Origin: Corallochytrium limacisporum Hawaii
Lineage: Eukaryota > Protista > Pluriformea
Length of the DNA stretch: 64,000 nucleotides
Direction of reading: 5' to 3'
NCBI GenBank assembly: GCA_002811645.1
Contig: PDIP01000083.1
Span: forward strand, 73,732 to 137,731
Of this stretch, positions 45,040-58,300 are shown one piece after another. The position numbers and the translations under genes are program-made. How positions within the stretch are numbered: the first letter of the stretch is position 1; each line of letters opens with the position of its first letter. The notes beneath the pieces are model-generated. The model worked only from the letters and a program-made list of their open reading frames with translations. It made no database searches and was not told the DNA's origin.

Positions 45040-45992
45040 ACTCTTATCCAACCGCGACCCTTTCCAGACAAAATCTTTTGAAAAAGGCTTGTGAATAGAA
45101 TGCACAGCTTCCTATGTATGATCCTTGTCCTGCCCGCGACTGATTACACCAGACCACCTGCATCTAATGTACCTTGGCGATCTACTCAACAGGAACAATA
45201 AGCAGGAACGTGGAGAGTAACTAAGACCAGCGATCTTCGTCTAAGCAACAGCAAAGTCTCAAGCATCACATCAAAGACGGTACACGACGGTTAAAGCGCC
45301 AAGCACATCGGATCCTACCGGATGGCAGCAGCCAGGTCTTCAGTTCTCAGGCGGAGTGGCCGTGTTTGCTCTGGTGGCACAAGTCTCCCCAATGGCACTC
45401 GCACTTGGCCGGAACGAGGGGAGGTTTGGAGAGTGTGAGTGCACACAGTCTAAAACTGCTGGGCTTTTTCTTCACCCCCAGAAAAGCCACATCACTAACA
45501 AACGCAGGCAGAACCCGTTCGGACCGAGAGCAACGGTATAGTTAAAGTATGAATTATAAGGGCACAACAGGCATGCAACGCAAACCCCACCCTTTCTTCT
45601 GACGAGACAGACGGCAAGAACGCAGTAAACCGCGGGGCCGTAGCGGAGTGCCCGTCTGAACGGGGGGAGTCCCCCATAGGGGTTGGGTCCGTGTGCGGGA
45701 CAACCCCCCCCCCCGCGGCTTCCCTTCCTCTCTTCCCCTTTCCCTAACACACGATATACAAGCGGCGCGAAAAACTCATGTAAAGAAAACAGACTCGCGA
45801 TTCTCTCCCAGGTGGGGAGGGGAGTGCTCTGAGGAGAAGGGCTCGCTCTTGATTCGAAAAGTGACATATTTGACCGAGGTTTCCATAATTTGAAATATAT
45901 TCAGAATCAAAATATATTTTATATGTAAAATGGCTGAGTAAAAAAGCCTACGTATTCAATATATTTCCCAGTGGTGAAACTATGACAATATT

Positions 45993-46595
45993 TCAAATGG
46001 ATTTGAACTTGTACTGTGCTTGACGGAGGACTTCAATCGATGAAGTGAGTGAGTCCATCGTCCTCCTGCCCATCACCATGAGTACGACAATGGAAATGGG
46101 CAGGATAGGCATCCACATGTTGATCCATTTCTTTTCCTCCAGTTCCATGATGATCTGGGCCCAGAATATGAAGACCAGGCTGGCCAGCATGATGGACACG
46201 GCCTGGACCTGGGGCAGGCTGGTTGTGACCCGCCACTTCACGACAAAGCCGTCGATGAACATCAGCGATGCGACCACGAAGCTCAGAGCCGTGCCCATAT
46301 GTACTACTGCAATCAATTGGTGGTTTGTGTCCATCAATTCCTCGTGTATGCTCAGCTTGTGCCCAAAATAGTACGCATGTAGGCCCATCAGGCCATACAG
46401 CAGAGCAAACAGATTGCAGAGCAACCAAAAAACTACACGGCCTATGGCGTTGCCCTTTTCGTTCTGTCGTTCAAGATCCTGAATGGTTTCTTCCTGTTCG
46501 TCTTCATCTAAGACAATATCCGCAACATCTGCATCTGTCAAGCCTTTGTTCAGGCGACGGCGCTGTTTCTGACTCACCTGGACTCCGAGACTCAT
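45993..46595 (-). CDS. Uncharacterised 4-TM membrane protein (200 aa)
   Basis: Good start context (aaccATG); acidic LDEDEQEETIQDLE helix, four hydrophobic segments, C-terminal LRQAQYKFKSI. Confidence 0.75.
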   Translation of the reverse strand: MSLGVQVSQKQRRRLNKGLTDADVADIVLDEDEQEETIQDLERQNEKGNAIGRVVFWLLCNLFALLYGLMGLHAYYFGHKLSIHEELMDTNHQLIAVVHMGTALSFVVASLMFIDGFVVKWRVTTSLPQVQAVSIMLASLVFIFWAQIIMELEEKKWINMWMPILPISIVVLMVMGRRTMDSLTSSIEVLRQAQYKFKSI

Positions 46596-47254
46596 GGTTT
46601 CACTTGGCCTCGAAGAGGCGGGTCTTGCTTTGCAGTATAATTCACGTCGTCATTCACACGCCTCTTCTTTATGCGCAAACTTTATGAACATTGTAATCGT
46701 CTATGGATGCCAACGAAGCTTGTGGACCAAACGCTTCAACCCAGCCTAAGTACCTCCGCGGGCAGTGTTTTGGCTTTTGCGCCTGCCTCGGGTCTCAGGC
46801 AGGGACGGTAGAAGTGATCCGTGGTCCGAGCGGGCAACGGCTTCTTGCCAACCCCCCCCCCCCCTTTTTTATCTTTCTTTCTAAACTTCGAGAGACCCGC
46901 GTGGAAATTTGAGGGAGCACCTCCTCCACCCCCCGGTGGGGAGGGCCCGGGGCCCCACCACCCTACACGCACAGGGACACACACGGGTGGGTCTCATGAG
47001 GGGAGCTCTGGAAGGAACTCCGTGCAGTGTGGGCAGACAATCAGCACTTCGTTAGTTTCCATTGGGTACTTGACTGCGTGCAATTTTCATATTCATACAA
47101 TTTTTTGTCAATACTAAGTAAAACAGATCATTTCTATCGGTGGAATGGGTGCGACGAAACAACGAAAACCATGTGAGGCTATGGGATTGTGTAGTTAAGC
47201 CCACGAAATATCGGCCAGAACATAGAATCCGAGACGAATTTGGCCAGGCAAACC

Positions 47255-49348
47255 ATGAAATCGACGGTGGTCAATGACGTGAAGGTGTACAACCTTGGTG
47301 CTGAAAAGCGCTTGCCCGACTGGGTCAATGAACGCAAACGCCGGCGCATGGCCAAAGAAGACTTTGACCTGCGGCAACGAATAGAACTGGTACAGGACTT
47401 CGAAATGCCGCATGCCACCACGGACATTCAGATCAGTGGTGACGGTTCACACATTTTTGCAACGGGTACATATCCGCCGCGGGTGCGATGTTACGAACTA
47501 TCACAGATGAGCATGAAATACGAACGATTCATGGACTTTGAGCCCATCAGGGTGATACCCCTCACTGAGGACTACAAAAAGTTTGTGGTATTACAGGAGA
47601 ATCGATATCTCGAATTCCATGCGCAGTATGGCAAGCACTACCGCACACGGATTCCAGCCCAGGGCCGTGATATGTGCTACGATCCGTACCATTGCAATCT
47701 GTTCCTGGCAGGTGCATCGCGGGATCTGTACAGAGTCAACCTAGAGGAAGGCCGCTTTCTGGAGCCCCTGACATCTCCGGTCCTGCCCAGGGGATCAGAG
47801 TTTACGTGCGTAAACGTGACGCAGACGGCACCCTTTCTAACCTTTGCGGGCCTGACCTCCGGTCATGTGTGTGTATGGGACAATCGCACTCGGGATCACG
47901 TCGCCATGCTGAACGTGCCGGATCTTCTAGGGGACGTTGCTACAAATGCGGAAATCAGCAGCGTCAAGGTCAGTCCAAATGCGCTGCACATTGCAGTTGG
48001 CACCAGCACGGGACAGGTTGCTCTCTTCGACATCCGTTCCGCAATGCCGACTATTGTAAAGGACCACCAGTACGGCTATCCGATCCATTCCATGCATTTC
48101 CACGACACACAGACTCAATCCAACATTGTCATCAGCGCCGATCGTTCGACAGTGCGGATGTGGGACCGAGACACGGGCGAGAATTTCACATCGATCGAGA
48201 GCGAAGTCCCGATCAATCGTGTGACCCCGTATCCGAATAGCGGCTTGGTGCTGTTGGCCTGTGAGCAGCCGCGGATCATGCCATACTATATCCCTCAGCT
48301 CGGCATGGCGCCCACCTGGTGTTCCTTCCTGGACAACCTGACGGAGGAACTAGAAGAGAAGCCTAGAGACTATGTGTTTGACGATTACAAGTTTGTGACG
48401 CGCAAGGAATTGGACGAACTGGGCCTGACTAACTTGCTAGGTACGAAGATGCTCAAAGCCTACATGCACGGTTTCTTTATGGACATGCGGTTGTACGAGA
48501 AGGCTAAGCTGGTCGCACAGCCATTCGCATACGAGGAGTACCGCCAGAAGCGTATTCAGGAGAAGTTGGACGAGGAGCGGGGACAGCGCATCCGCATCAA
48601 ACAAAACCTGCCCAAGATCAACAAGGAATACGCAAAAGTGCTGCTACGTGGGGACAAGGACGCGGCGGGCAAGAAGAAAAAGTCCAAGGAAGGTGCCGAG
48701 ACCAACCCCATGGCCGACGACCGCTTCGGTGCGTTGTTCACAAAGGAGGAGTTTGAGATCGATCCGAAGAGCGAAGAGTACCGCCGTCTGCATCCGTCAG
48801 GTGGTGACCTTAATGCCACCCTCCGATCACAGTTTGCGGAGGCCGATGTCAGTGACGGAGATGATGTGAACCCAGACATGGGACCCGACTTGGAGGACTC
48901 GCGTCGCAAGGCTGAGGAAGACAGCAGTGATGACGATGAGGACGGAGGTGACGAAGACGAGACGGAGGACGACAGCGACGACGAGGACCAAGACCGGAGA
49001 CAAGGAAAAGGGAAGGCTGCCGCCAAGCTGTACGAGCTACGCGATGGCCAACAGGGCCTCACTCTGGACGCCGAGGAGTCCAAGCGACAGGCCGCGATTG
49101 CCCGTCTGCCCTTCCACCACCAGATCAAACTCACCGGCGGCGACAGGACTACTAAGGGCAGCTCAACGTCTATGCGCAGCGGTGCACTAGAAGTCACATA
49201 CAATCCGAACGCGGCTAAGGAACGGAAGGAGCGCGAGGAAATGCGCAAGAGTCGCCGGCAGAACCGTGAACGGCGCACAGTGCGTGACCTTAAGCTCAAG
49301 AAGCTCAATCCACAGGGCAAATTCTGGAAGGGCCGCAAGGTGGGCTAG
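47255..49348 (+). CDS. NOL10: Nucleolar protein 10 / Enp2 (WD40, 40S biogenesis)
   Basis: RIELVQDFEMP, ATGTYPPRVRCYEL, YYIPQLGMAPTWCSFLDNLTEELEE, KAYMHGFFMD, NUC153-like DDRFGALF..EEFEID. Confidence 0.95.
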   Translation: MKSTVVNDVKVYNLGAEKRLPDWVNERKRRRMAKEDFDLRQRIELVQDFEMPHATTDIQISGDGSHIFATGTYPPRVRCYELSQMSMKYERFMDFEPIRVIPLTEDYKKFVVLQENRYLEFHAQYGKHYRTRIPAQGRDMCYDPYHCNLFLAGASRDLYRVNLEEGRFLEPLTSPVLPRGSEFTCVNVTQTAPFLTFAGLTSGHVCVWDNRTRDHVAMLNVPDLLGDVATNAEISSVKVSPNALHIAVGTSTGQVALFDIRSAMPTIVKDHQYGYPIHSMHFHDTQTQSNIVISADRSTVRMWDRDTGENFTSIESEVPINRVTPYPNSGLVLLACEQPRIMPYYIPQLGMAPTWCSFLDNLTEELEEKPRDYVFDDYKFVTRKELDELGLTNLLGTKMLKAYMHGFFMDMRLYEKAKLVAQPFAYEEYRQKRIQEKLDEERGQRIRIKQNLPKINKEYAKVLLRGDKDAAGKKKKSKEGAETNPMADDRFGALFTKEEFEIDPKSEEYRRLHPSGGDLNATLRSQFAEADVSDGDDVNPDMGPDLEDSRRKAEEDSSDDDEDGGDEDETEDDSDDEDQDRRQGKGKAAAKLYELRDGQQGLTLDAEESKRQAAIARLPFHHQIKLTGGDRTTKGSSTSMRSGALEVTYNPNAAKERKEREEMRKSRRQNRERRTVRDLKLKKLNPQGKFWKGRKVG

Positions 49349-52300
49349 CGAGAACTGGCCATGGACTCTCATTCCTAGATAACAACGACACTTAAAGTAT
49401 TCGTATGATCGTTTTCTGTTACGCATTTTCCAACCACCATACCATACCGGTATACCAGACAGGCCTAGAAAACACATCCGTCTTCAGGCCGCATTATATG
49501 AAACTATGTCCATTTCGCCGCCACATGGGCGGCCGCACACGCCGGCAGATTACAAAAAGAGATAGCATACCTAGCCCTACGGACCCCCCTTCACCAGAGA
49601 CGATATATATGTTCATATAACGTATGGCCCCAACCAGTATTTCCGTTTCCTTTGGATGGTTGGCCGTACCGGAAAAGCTCCATTTGGCAGGTAATCTGCC
49701 CACTTTACCTGAACGAGCGCCTAGGTCTGGTTGGTCCGGACACCTATACCACCAGCGGAAGATTAAGAAAAAAAAAAATTTGAGCAGAATCCATTGATTG
49801 TGAGCCTGATAGAATGTTTTGGGAGACAAGGTGAACGCTATTAGGTGGTTTGGCGGTGTTTTGCAAGTGCAGTGTTGGGCTCTTTCCGTCGGTTGTGAAG
49901 GACTTCCGGATCGTTTGCGCGCACACGCACAAAGTGACACGCAGACAGACACACTCGAAGAGGGGAGAAATCTGTTCTGGCCGAGCAACCGTCAGGGAAC
50001 TGCAGGGATCCATCGCACCCAACGACACCGGTCTGAGCAAGATGCCATCAAACTTCAGTGTTATGTTACACAACTGTGTGGGTCAATCATCGGGTTTTCG
50101 TCTGTTAGCGGGTCTCTCGTGGAAAGAACTGTTGTCGCGGCAGACGGGGATGAAGCCACCGCTCAACATCCACTCATCGACATCCAATCATCGACACCCA
50201 AGTAAACAAGCAACCAACAGTCAGTATTGTGATGATGGTAGTGATGTGATGTGATCTTGAACGATCATGGTGAATGAGATGCGCAGTGGGAGGAAGCACC
50301 AGAAGGAGCTTGCTGAGACGGAGAGAAACAACAGTGCCCGTTTGTGCCTATAGTAATCGTTCGAGGAGGGCGAGCCACCCAGACATGCCGCTGATGTACG
50401 CTGTTGATAGTGGGGGATAGGCGAGCTTTTCGGAAAGTGCGCAATAGTGTGGGACAGAGATAGAAGGATAAGATTTGTGGAAATTGAGCGAGGGTGAGCA
50501 TCCGAAGGGGTGCAACCGTCGGATAAGCGCAGAGACACCGTAGTAAGGAACGAAAGTCGCGTCGATGAATTCGTTACGGCGATGTGCTTGGGGGGTGTTC
50601 ATTGGCCTCCCGTGTTTGTGCCTGTGTGGGTTGGGATTGGCCTTGTATTCCAGGAAGCAATACGCGACCGCAACGATGAGGCATAGGAGGACATCTCCGT
50701 TCTGGGTGGCTTCAGATCAAAGTGCGCACATGTCGGAGAGAATTGGGACGGAAGAGGAACCCCGAAGAGGAAGTGTCCCTTTTGGCTCGGTGGTGTGGCA
50801 GCAAGCCAGTGGTGCTCGCCAATTCTGCGGAGCTTGCATAATGGCCTTCGTATGGCCACCCATCCAAGTCTTGGCCTTTGTATGCATACCTTTTGTGACC
50901 CTGGTTAAGGTAAACCGCATCATGCCAGACAGTACAGAATAAGTGGAAAGGAGAAGGAATAAAGTGGAACATGCCGAAGCGACCATGCCCATGAGGTGAT
51001 GCTGATGTGGTCTTCTGCTCAGGTTGTGCAGAAACTCAAGCAACGAAGGAAAGTGGTCGACCACACCAACTCTTTCTAAATCGCCGCCAAAGCGACCAAC
51101 GGATTTAGTTTAGCCATTCATCCGCCCCCAAGCCAAACCGGACAGTTGGATGATCCGCCGAAACAAACAACACACACCAAGCCGGGGAACGATCATACAG
51201 GCAAGAGTCGCGGACGATGAGGACGTAAAACGGCGCTCACCCAGGCACAACAATAGGGGGTGCAAAACACAGACCGAGTACACGGACAGCGACCACCGGA
51301 GTGCGAAGCAACAGTCACCGGTGAAGACGCAGACCACGACCGAAGACACAAGAACACCATGCTCGCCACAGAGAATAAGGATGTGGATATATATATATAT
51401 ATGTAACTAATGTCATTGCGTGAGTTCCGAACCCGACCTGACGAAGCTCCGACTTTCGCACCGCTCCCGTTCGGGGGTCTCTCTGTGTTTCAACCATCGC
51501 ACCACCATGCCCTCCGGTCGCACCACTCCCTCTCCCCATTTTTGACTTTGCGCCTATCCCAAAATTCAGTACTTAATGAACTACAAATTTTCGCATCAAT
51601 TTTTGAAACTCTTCCTCTCTCTCTCTCTCTTGTTCCCGGCCGTCTGGGCATTGGAGTGCGAAGGAATGCGGTATTTACGCTGACGCCGCCTAAAAATTGT
51701 TTGTCGGAGAGGTCGAGCTCAGGATCAGTCAACGGCGTTGCATACTGAAATAATTACTCCAGAATCTTAGAAGGCGCTGTTGGTGGCCCGCTTGTGGTGG
51801 TGGATGGGGTGGTGGACCTGGGCGAGCTTTAGGGGGTATGGCTTGCGAAACCGACGCCTGGTGAGTCTGGCCATACCCTAGCGATTGTTGTTGTCTCTCT
51901 TTGACCCACGTCCCGCCCTCGCCTTACCCTTCGCACATGGACATGAACATGCTTAATACATAGTCCCCGTACGTAATCGAAGCGAGAGCATGATGTCTGG
52001 TGACCGTTCAGCTGCAATTTTACGGACACAGTCACCACACCCGACGGAGGCCAGGCTGTGGTGCATCGGGTCTCGCCTGCGACATGCTCGTCATTGACAC
52101 GTCCCCACTTTTTTGGTTGTCTTGTCCGCCGGTCCGACTGCTTGTCTGTCGTCTGTCCTATGCGGAATTCTAACGCTGCACTACAACACGGTAGCTGTGT
52201 GCGCTAGAAGTTGGTACCTCACCGAAAGACACGGTTGGGCAGACACGTACCCTTTAACGTCCCCGAATATGACTGTATGTCATCCATCACAAGACGAATG

Positions 52301-55300
52301 TCTTGGGTGTCCGTATCAGAGGTGTGCTCATATTCTTCCCAAGGAATGAAGCACCTGCAATTCTTGACAGGGCCCGAACCGGGCCGCCGCCATTGACCCG
52401 CCGCCATTGAGCCTCTTCCCGCTCCTGTTGGCTCACAGAAGTCTCGTGGGGTCTCTGTGCTCACTGCTCTTGGTCGCGGTATGCGTTCGGATGTATTCCG
52501 GGAGCGGTGTCAGCTGTAACGAGAGCGGAGCTTGCACAAGCCGGGAGCCCTGTGCCGACAGGGGCTAGCGAATTTAAGCGCACGCACCGACCGTCACCGA
52601 CCCACCCACACAACCACACACACACACACACAGAGACATCAGCAGCTCTTGGTTCCCGCTTGGGGCATGCACCCCGCTTTGCGCTTGCGTCGCCCCCTTC
52701 ATAAATCTTTATGAGTATGCTGTGCATAGTGGGCACAACTCTCATTAATTTGACTGTGGCTGCGCTGTGGTGGGTGTGTTGTTCGGGTGAGAGAGCTCCG
52801 GGTACACACTTTTTTTTTTGTTTGTTTCGTATCCCACGAGGCATCCTTGCGCCACAGTGGCCCGTGGTTACTGCCAGCACTCTTGCCTTTCTGCAGTACA
52901 TTTAATATAAGAAATTGCTTCGCAGAGTTCTAAGCGGCCAGGTGCGGGTGTTGAAACACAGAAATGAAACAAGTCCCCCAAGCAAGCGGAGGGAAAATAT
53001 TTGTAGGGCACGATTACTAAATGGTAGGACTTCCCATCAATACTGAATGCATGGTTGTTCCGCAATGCCTAAGACAAATAGATTTTTGCTCTTTTTGGTG
53101 AGTTCTGAAGAAAGGGGTTGATTACCCACCGGAGGCTAGGGGAAGCGCGCGTCCGTCTCCGAACGACTCGTTTTTGTGTTGGTTTTTCCCCTTCAGATCT
53201 CCAAACGGTCTTAAGGGGGTGATCCACTCTGAATCCGCAGCAAATGTATGGGAGTGGCTGGCCATGGCGTTTGATGCGCAAGTTCACTTCATGCTGCTGC
53301 TAGAACGTTAGGATGATCACACCATGCATACGCGCAAGCATATTCTTGTAAGGACAACATCTTGCCTGCGGCAAAATACACACGCGCGTGTGCACGAATC
53401 GTTTTGTACGGATCATGATCCTCCATCTTGACAAGTGCCGGAAAGCTTACAAACAACCAGTGAGCGATCGGAATGCGAGGGCTCATCGTCGACCACCCAC
53501 AAACGAACATTATTTCAACAGCAGAATAGCTTCAGAGAGCACCCAGTAAACAATTCGCCCCGTGACCTTTTTGGATGCCGGACCCCGTTCTGATACACTG
53601 TGGATGAAGACTAATGAAGCGGTTTTTGATGATAGATGGGGACGGCTTGGACGGTGAGGTGTTCTGGACTGCGTAGCATACATTTATTACTGGTTTCATG
53701 CAGCTAGATCGACGATTCGACAGAAACCGCGAGGGGTGCAACAGACGCATCTCTCCCCTCCGCACTTTTTTTCTTCTGTGCCCTGTTGCACTCCTGCTCT
53801 CTTGGTGCGTGGATAAAACTCTCCCTCCCTGGCCTTTTGCCGGTCTCCTACTGGCTCCCACTGTTCCCAATTTGTCCCGAGACTCTCCAGAATTTTGGCT
53901 AACGTTCACTATAAAACTCGTCTTCATCCGACGGGTTCTCCACCTCTGCCTTCCCAGGGCTTATGTCACCTGCCATCGCCCCACCGTCGAATCTCCACCA
54001 CCAAAAAAGAAAATCTCGGCCGAGGCTTAGAGAGTGCCCCCAGTGAAGAAGAATAGAAAAACGATCGTGCTCGGCCTCTAGCCATGCTGTTGCCTCCTTT
54101 TGGCAAGTCTTTACCAAATCGACTCCCTTTTGGTTACCACCCATCAGTACATTTAGTATGCATTGGCAGGTGTGGCGGGAGACCAGAGGAGGGTTACAGT
54201 TGCGGGGCCGGGAGGAGGAACGAGAGAGGGAAGGTGCAGGATTTTCAAGGCGGTGATGGAGAAAGAAGGGGGGGGGGGGCACCCAAAGAAAATCGATCGA
54301 TTGCATTTTAGCCAAAAAAGAAAGAAAAAATGAAACCTTCTTTGCTAAAACAAAAAAAAAAAGAAAGAAGCAGACACCTGATGTTTTATTAGAAAATTTT
54401 CAGTACCACCGGGAGGGGGTGTTTGGAGGGAAGGTGGGAAAGGTCGGCCCGAAATCAAAAATAAAAAAATGAAGAAAGTACTTACATTTCACCCTCAATA
54501 ATGAAGGAACACTAAGAAACGTTCTCTTGTCTTTTTTGTTTCTAATCAAGACACTACCGATGCTGCAAACACAAAAAGAAAAGACCAGATATTTCTTATG
54601 CTTTGTGAAGAACGGGAGTATTTTGTGTGAGAGAAATTCAATGTATTTTTGCTAGTGCGGTCGGATGCGTGGGTAGCGGTGAGATTCACGTGCCCTCCTC
54701 ACCACCATCGTCGGGCAGTCAAAGGCGACGGAAGCTGACGGATCCGAAGAACTATTCAGCAGCGCTGGGGGTATGCGCAAAAAAGGGGAAGCCAAGAGAA
54801 AAAAAAAGAAAAAAGAGATGAAAAAAATTAGAGGACTGTGTGTTACTCTCTCACTCTTGTCGCCCATCCGGTCAAAAATGGCCGTTAATTTTCAGCTACG
54901 ATCCCCGTCTCCACGCTCAAGGACAGTACTCTCACTATGGTCATGGCCGTCTGGTGTGATCGATTCACGCGGGCATTATTTGGTTGTGGCGTATGGGCAG
55001 ATGGGGTCCTGAACCACAGCAGCCGATGAAGAATTGCTGCAAATTTCTATGAAAACATATTGCCGAAAACCGTCATTCTGTGCCCATTTCTAAGTGTGGT
55101 TCGCCTCCCCTCTCTCTCTCTCTTGCATCTACCACGACGCAACCGACACATTGCTTGCCCTGCCGAATTTTTATTAAGTACATTTGCTATACGGCTTTCA
55201 CAGATCTTGCTCATCGCACTACAAATACTCATATCTTCTAAGGTTTGTTACTTTTTTTTCTATTTCTTCTCTCTCGCAACCAATTTCGTTGCTATTTCAT

Positions 55301-58300
55301 TCTTCCCAGAGTCTCGACGCTTTCTTTGATCTCTCCCTCCCTCCCTCACCATGTTTTGCCATTTTTTCTTTCCTTTCGCTTTTTTTTTTGTTCTTTGCTT
55401 TAAACCCCCCCCCCCAAAAGAGACTCGCAACTGAGCAAAAGGACCGCGCCGCCGCCGGGCTCTACCCTCCCAACCCGGCGGTCTCCCGCGGCGGGGGAGA
55501 CGAGGGGGGAAGGAACTTGCACCTTGCCCTGCCCGGGCTTAGGGAGGGTTTGTACGTGCCAGAGTGAGAGAGAGGGGCGAGGAAAGAATGGCGGTGGGCG
55601 GGGGAGGCTGGCCCTGCGCAACCGGGAGACCGAGGCGGGTGCCCCCCCCCCAAAAGAGAAGAACAAAAAGCAAGAAAAAAAGGGGAAAAATTAAAGGAAG
55701 AAAAATGCGGAGACAGGAAACGCCGCGGGGAAGCAAGGAAAAAGAAAAAAAGTAAAGATGGGAGAAGGAGAGTGAGACCTAAAGAATATCTTCCCCCCTT
55801 TCTTTCACTACCACTGTAGATTTGGGGAGGGGGGGAGGGGAGAGAGAAGAGGGAGCGAGAGAGAGCAAGCACTGGCGGGTTTGGCTTGCGCAACCAAAAC
55901 GTACGTGGAGACGGGAAGACTTGCGAAAGAAACACAGCCAGAATTCCTCCGCGCCGGGGCGGAGGGTGTGGGGAGTGGAAGCGGAGGGGGGAGGGGGGAG
56001 ATCGGGGTTCTCGGAGTATTCTTAAGAGGGAGTGGGGGAGAGCAGAAGGGAAACTAAGGGAAAGAAAAAAGGGGGAGGGCAAGCGAAGGGCAATGGGGCA
56101 CGGGAGCCCCAGGTAGGCAGCGAGTGAGCCAATAACAAAAAAAAATAGAGAAAACGCAAAACTACAAGAAAAAGAAAAAAAAAGACAAAAGAAAAAACGG
56201 GCAGGAGGGGGAGGCTTCTGAAAGAAGGAATTAACAAAAAAAAGAATGGGACTCCATGGCGAAAATCAAAAACCCGGAAAAACTGAAGAAAAGTTGAATC
56301 TCACTCGCTCGGCCGGCCATTCGTATGTGGTTTGAGAATGGTGCCATGTGACGAGGTGGGATCACCCCAGCGGCGCAGGGAAGGTGCCGCTGGGGGGGGG
56401 GGTTTTGCTGAGGTTTTTGGAATGCAAAGGAAAAAAATGGAGCGGGGAAGCGTGAACCGTGGTTGAAAATGGAACACATGGTGGATCCAGGTGAGCAAAG
56501 TGGGTAGGCGGAGGCGTTTGACGGGATACTGGCCGGGAACAGGCCAGAGTATGGATAACGATGGCATCAACCCGCAAATCGATACGGGCAGCAGCATCCG
56601 GCACCATACAAACGGAACAGGCCAGGCATACAGAATCCGCCACCCAGAGAGACATCGGAAGGCAGTATCGTGCTCCCTTTTCTTGATCATCTCTTGTATG
56701 TCAACGGAAAGCTGACCAGAGAGGCCTTTACCGGAGCATGGTCCACTAACATGTTCAGCTCAGCGCAGTGGGAGGAAGAGAGAGATAATGATCGGTGGAG
56801 CATGCTACCTTGGGAAAGACAAGCGGGTATCCGAAAACGAATGTGGCTACGAATGGTGCCTACATGTGAATGAATGAGCTTACGGAGGAATTGCTTAGGT
56901 ACGACAATGAGATGATGATGGGCACAGCATGCAGTGATCGATCTGATATATTCACGTCGAAACAGGCGCTCTTAGCTATTAAAACAGTGTGAAGGGCTGT
57001 GTATTGAGTCATCTGCGGATGGTGCAGTCAGATGCCTTTTCTCATATTTGGATGCAGTTCAAGCAAATACCGGGCCCATCTTTCGAAGCAGCTAGAGTTC
57101 CTAGCGTGAGTCACCATACAACTGTACACACTCGCATTCGACATACTTCGGAGCTGCCACAGGCTGCTTGGACACGTCTGCTAGGAAGAATGAGTTGCAT
57201 TGTTTAAAAGAGCCCCTGTGCGATCAACGACGTTGGGGGATCTAAGACGTCTCTTCGCTGTGAAAACAGGCAGCTTAGCCATTTTGTGGCCTAGGAGCCG
57301 ATACCGCTTTGGACCATCGATCTGACGGACACCAGGCAGTTTATTGAGATTCCTGAGTCCTGTATAGGGTGTCCTCCACTGCATGTGTGTGTTGTTCTAT
57401 CAGGTGCCACTGCTCCCAACAAGGATGCGCATTGACTCTGGAGGAGAAACAAAAAGTGTCACAAGGGGGTGCGGTCCCCATTGTCTCAGTGGTACGGTAC
57501 GACGGGCCTGACCAGCAAGGGAGTTGCTCCTTTGCAGGCAGCGTTATGATGGAAAACCTCAGGGGCCCAGTGACCCCATGACATACTCCATCGTTCTCAA
57601 TACTCCCCTGCGCCACACAGCTCCGAAGCCCTCCCCGCCAACGCCGCGGGGCTTTCGGGTTCGAAGGCTTGGGGCAAGTGGTCGGGCTGGGTGCCAGGAG
57701 GAGGCTTGGAAGGAAAAGAAAAAAGAAAATTGGAGAGGCAGGGAGAGGCCGCGAGCAGGAATTGGAAACAGTCACAGTTCCTTTCACTCTGCCCGGCAAT
57801 GAAATGGATCCGCGACGAAGAAGAAAGGGAAGCGGGATTCCCTACTGTCTTCCCAAGGCCTCTAATCCCTAAATTTTCTAAGGCTCCAGCAAAATAGACT
57901 CCCATTTTAGATCGGTTCCTGGAATTACAAAAATGAGGGCTTCAGTTTATTTGAAATACGGGGACAGTTCGGTGGGGCTCTTGTCAATGCGACTGTGTGT
58001 CGGCCGGTGCCCTGCTTTCTGCTTATCAACGCTATCCGCTCACCTTCCCCTTTCTCTCGCTTAGGTTCCAAGTCCCCCGTTTCGGGTTCTTGACCGTGGC
58101 AGTGGCTATTGCAGGTGGATCGGGAGGGAGGAGGGTTAGGGCGGTCACAGATTTGGCGCGCTTCTCCGGGCCGCTGGCCGTTGCGTTTAAGAGCTAGAAA
58201 GTCGGGAGCATTGGTCGCAGGAAAGTGATGCAAGTCCTATCAGGCAGAATGCGAAAGTGTTTGGCCATTGAACACATCCCGTAGACACGCAATAAACAGG

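Noticed and set aside
47126-47180. U3 snoRNA box A-like GATCATTTCTAT followed by CGAAAACCA upstream of NOL10
   Set aside because: No recognisable boxes B, C or D before the NOL10 ATG, and the spacing is off; probably coincidence
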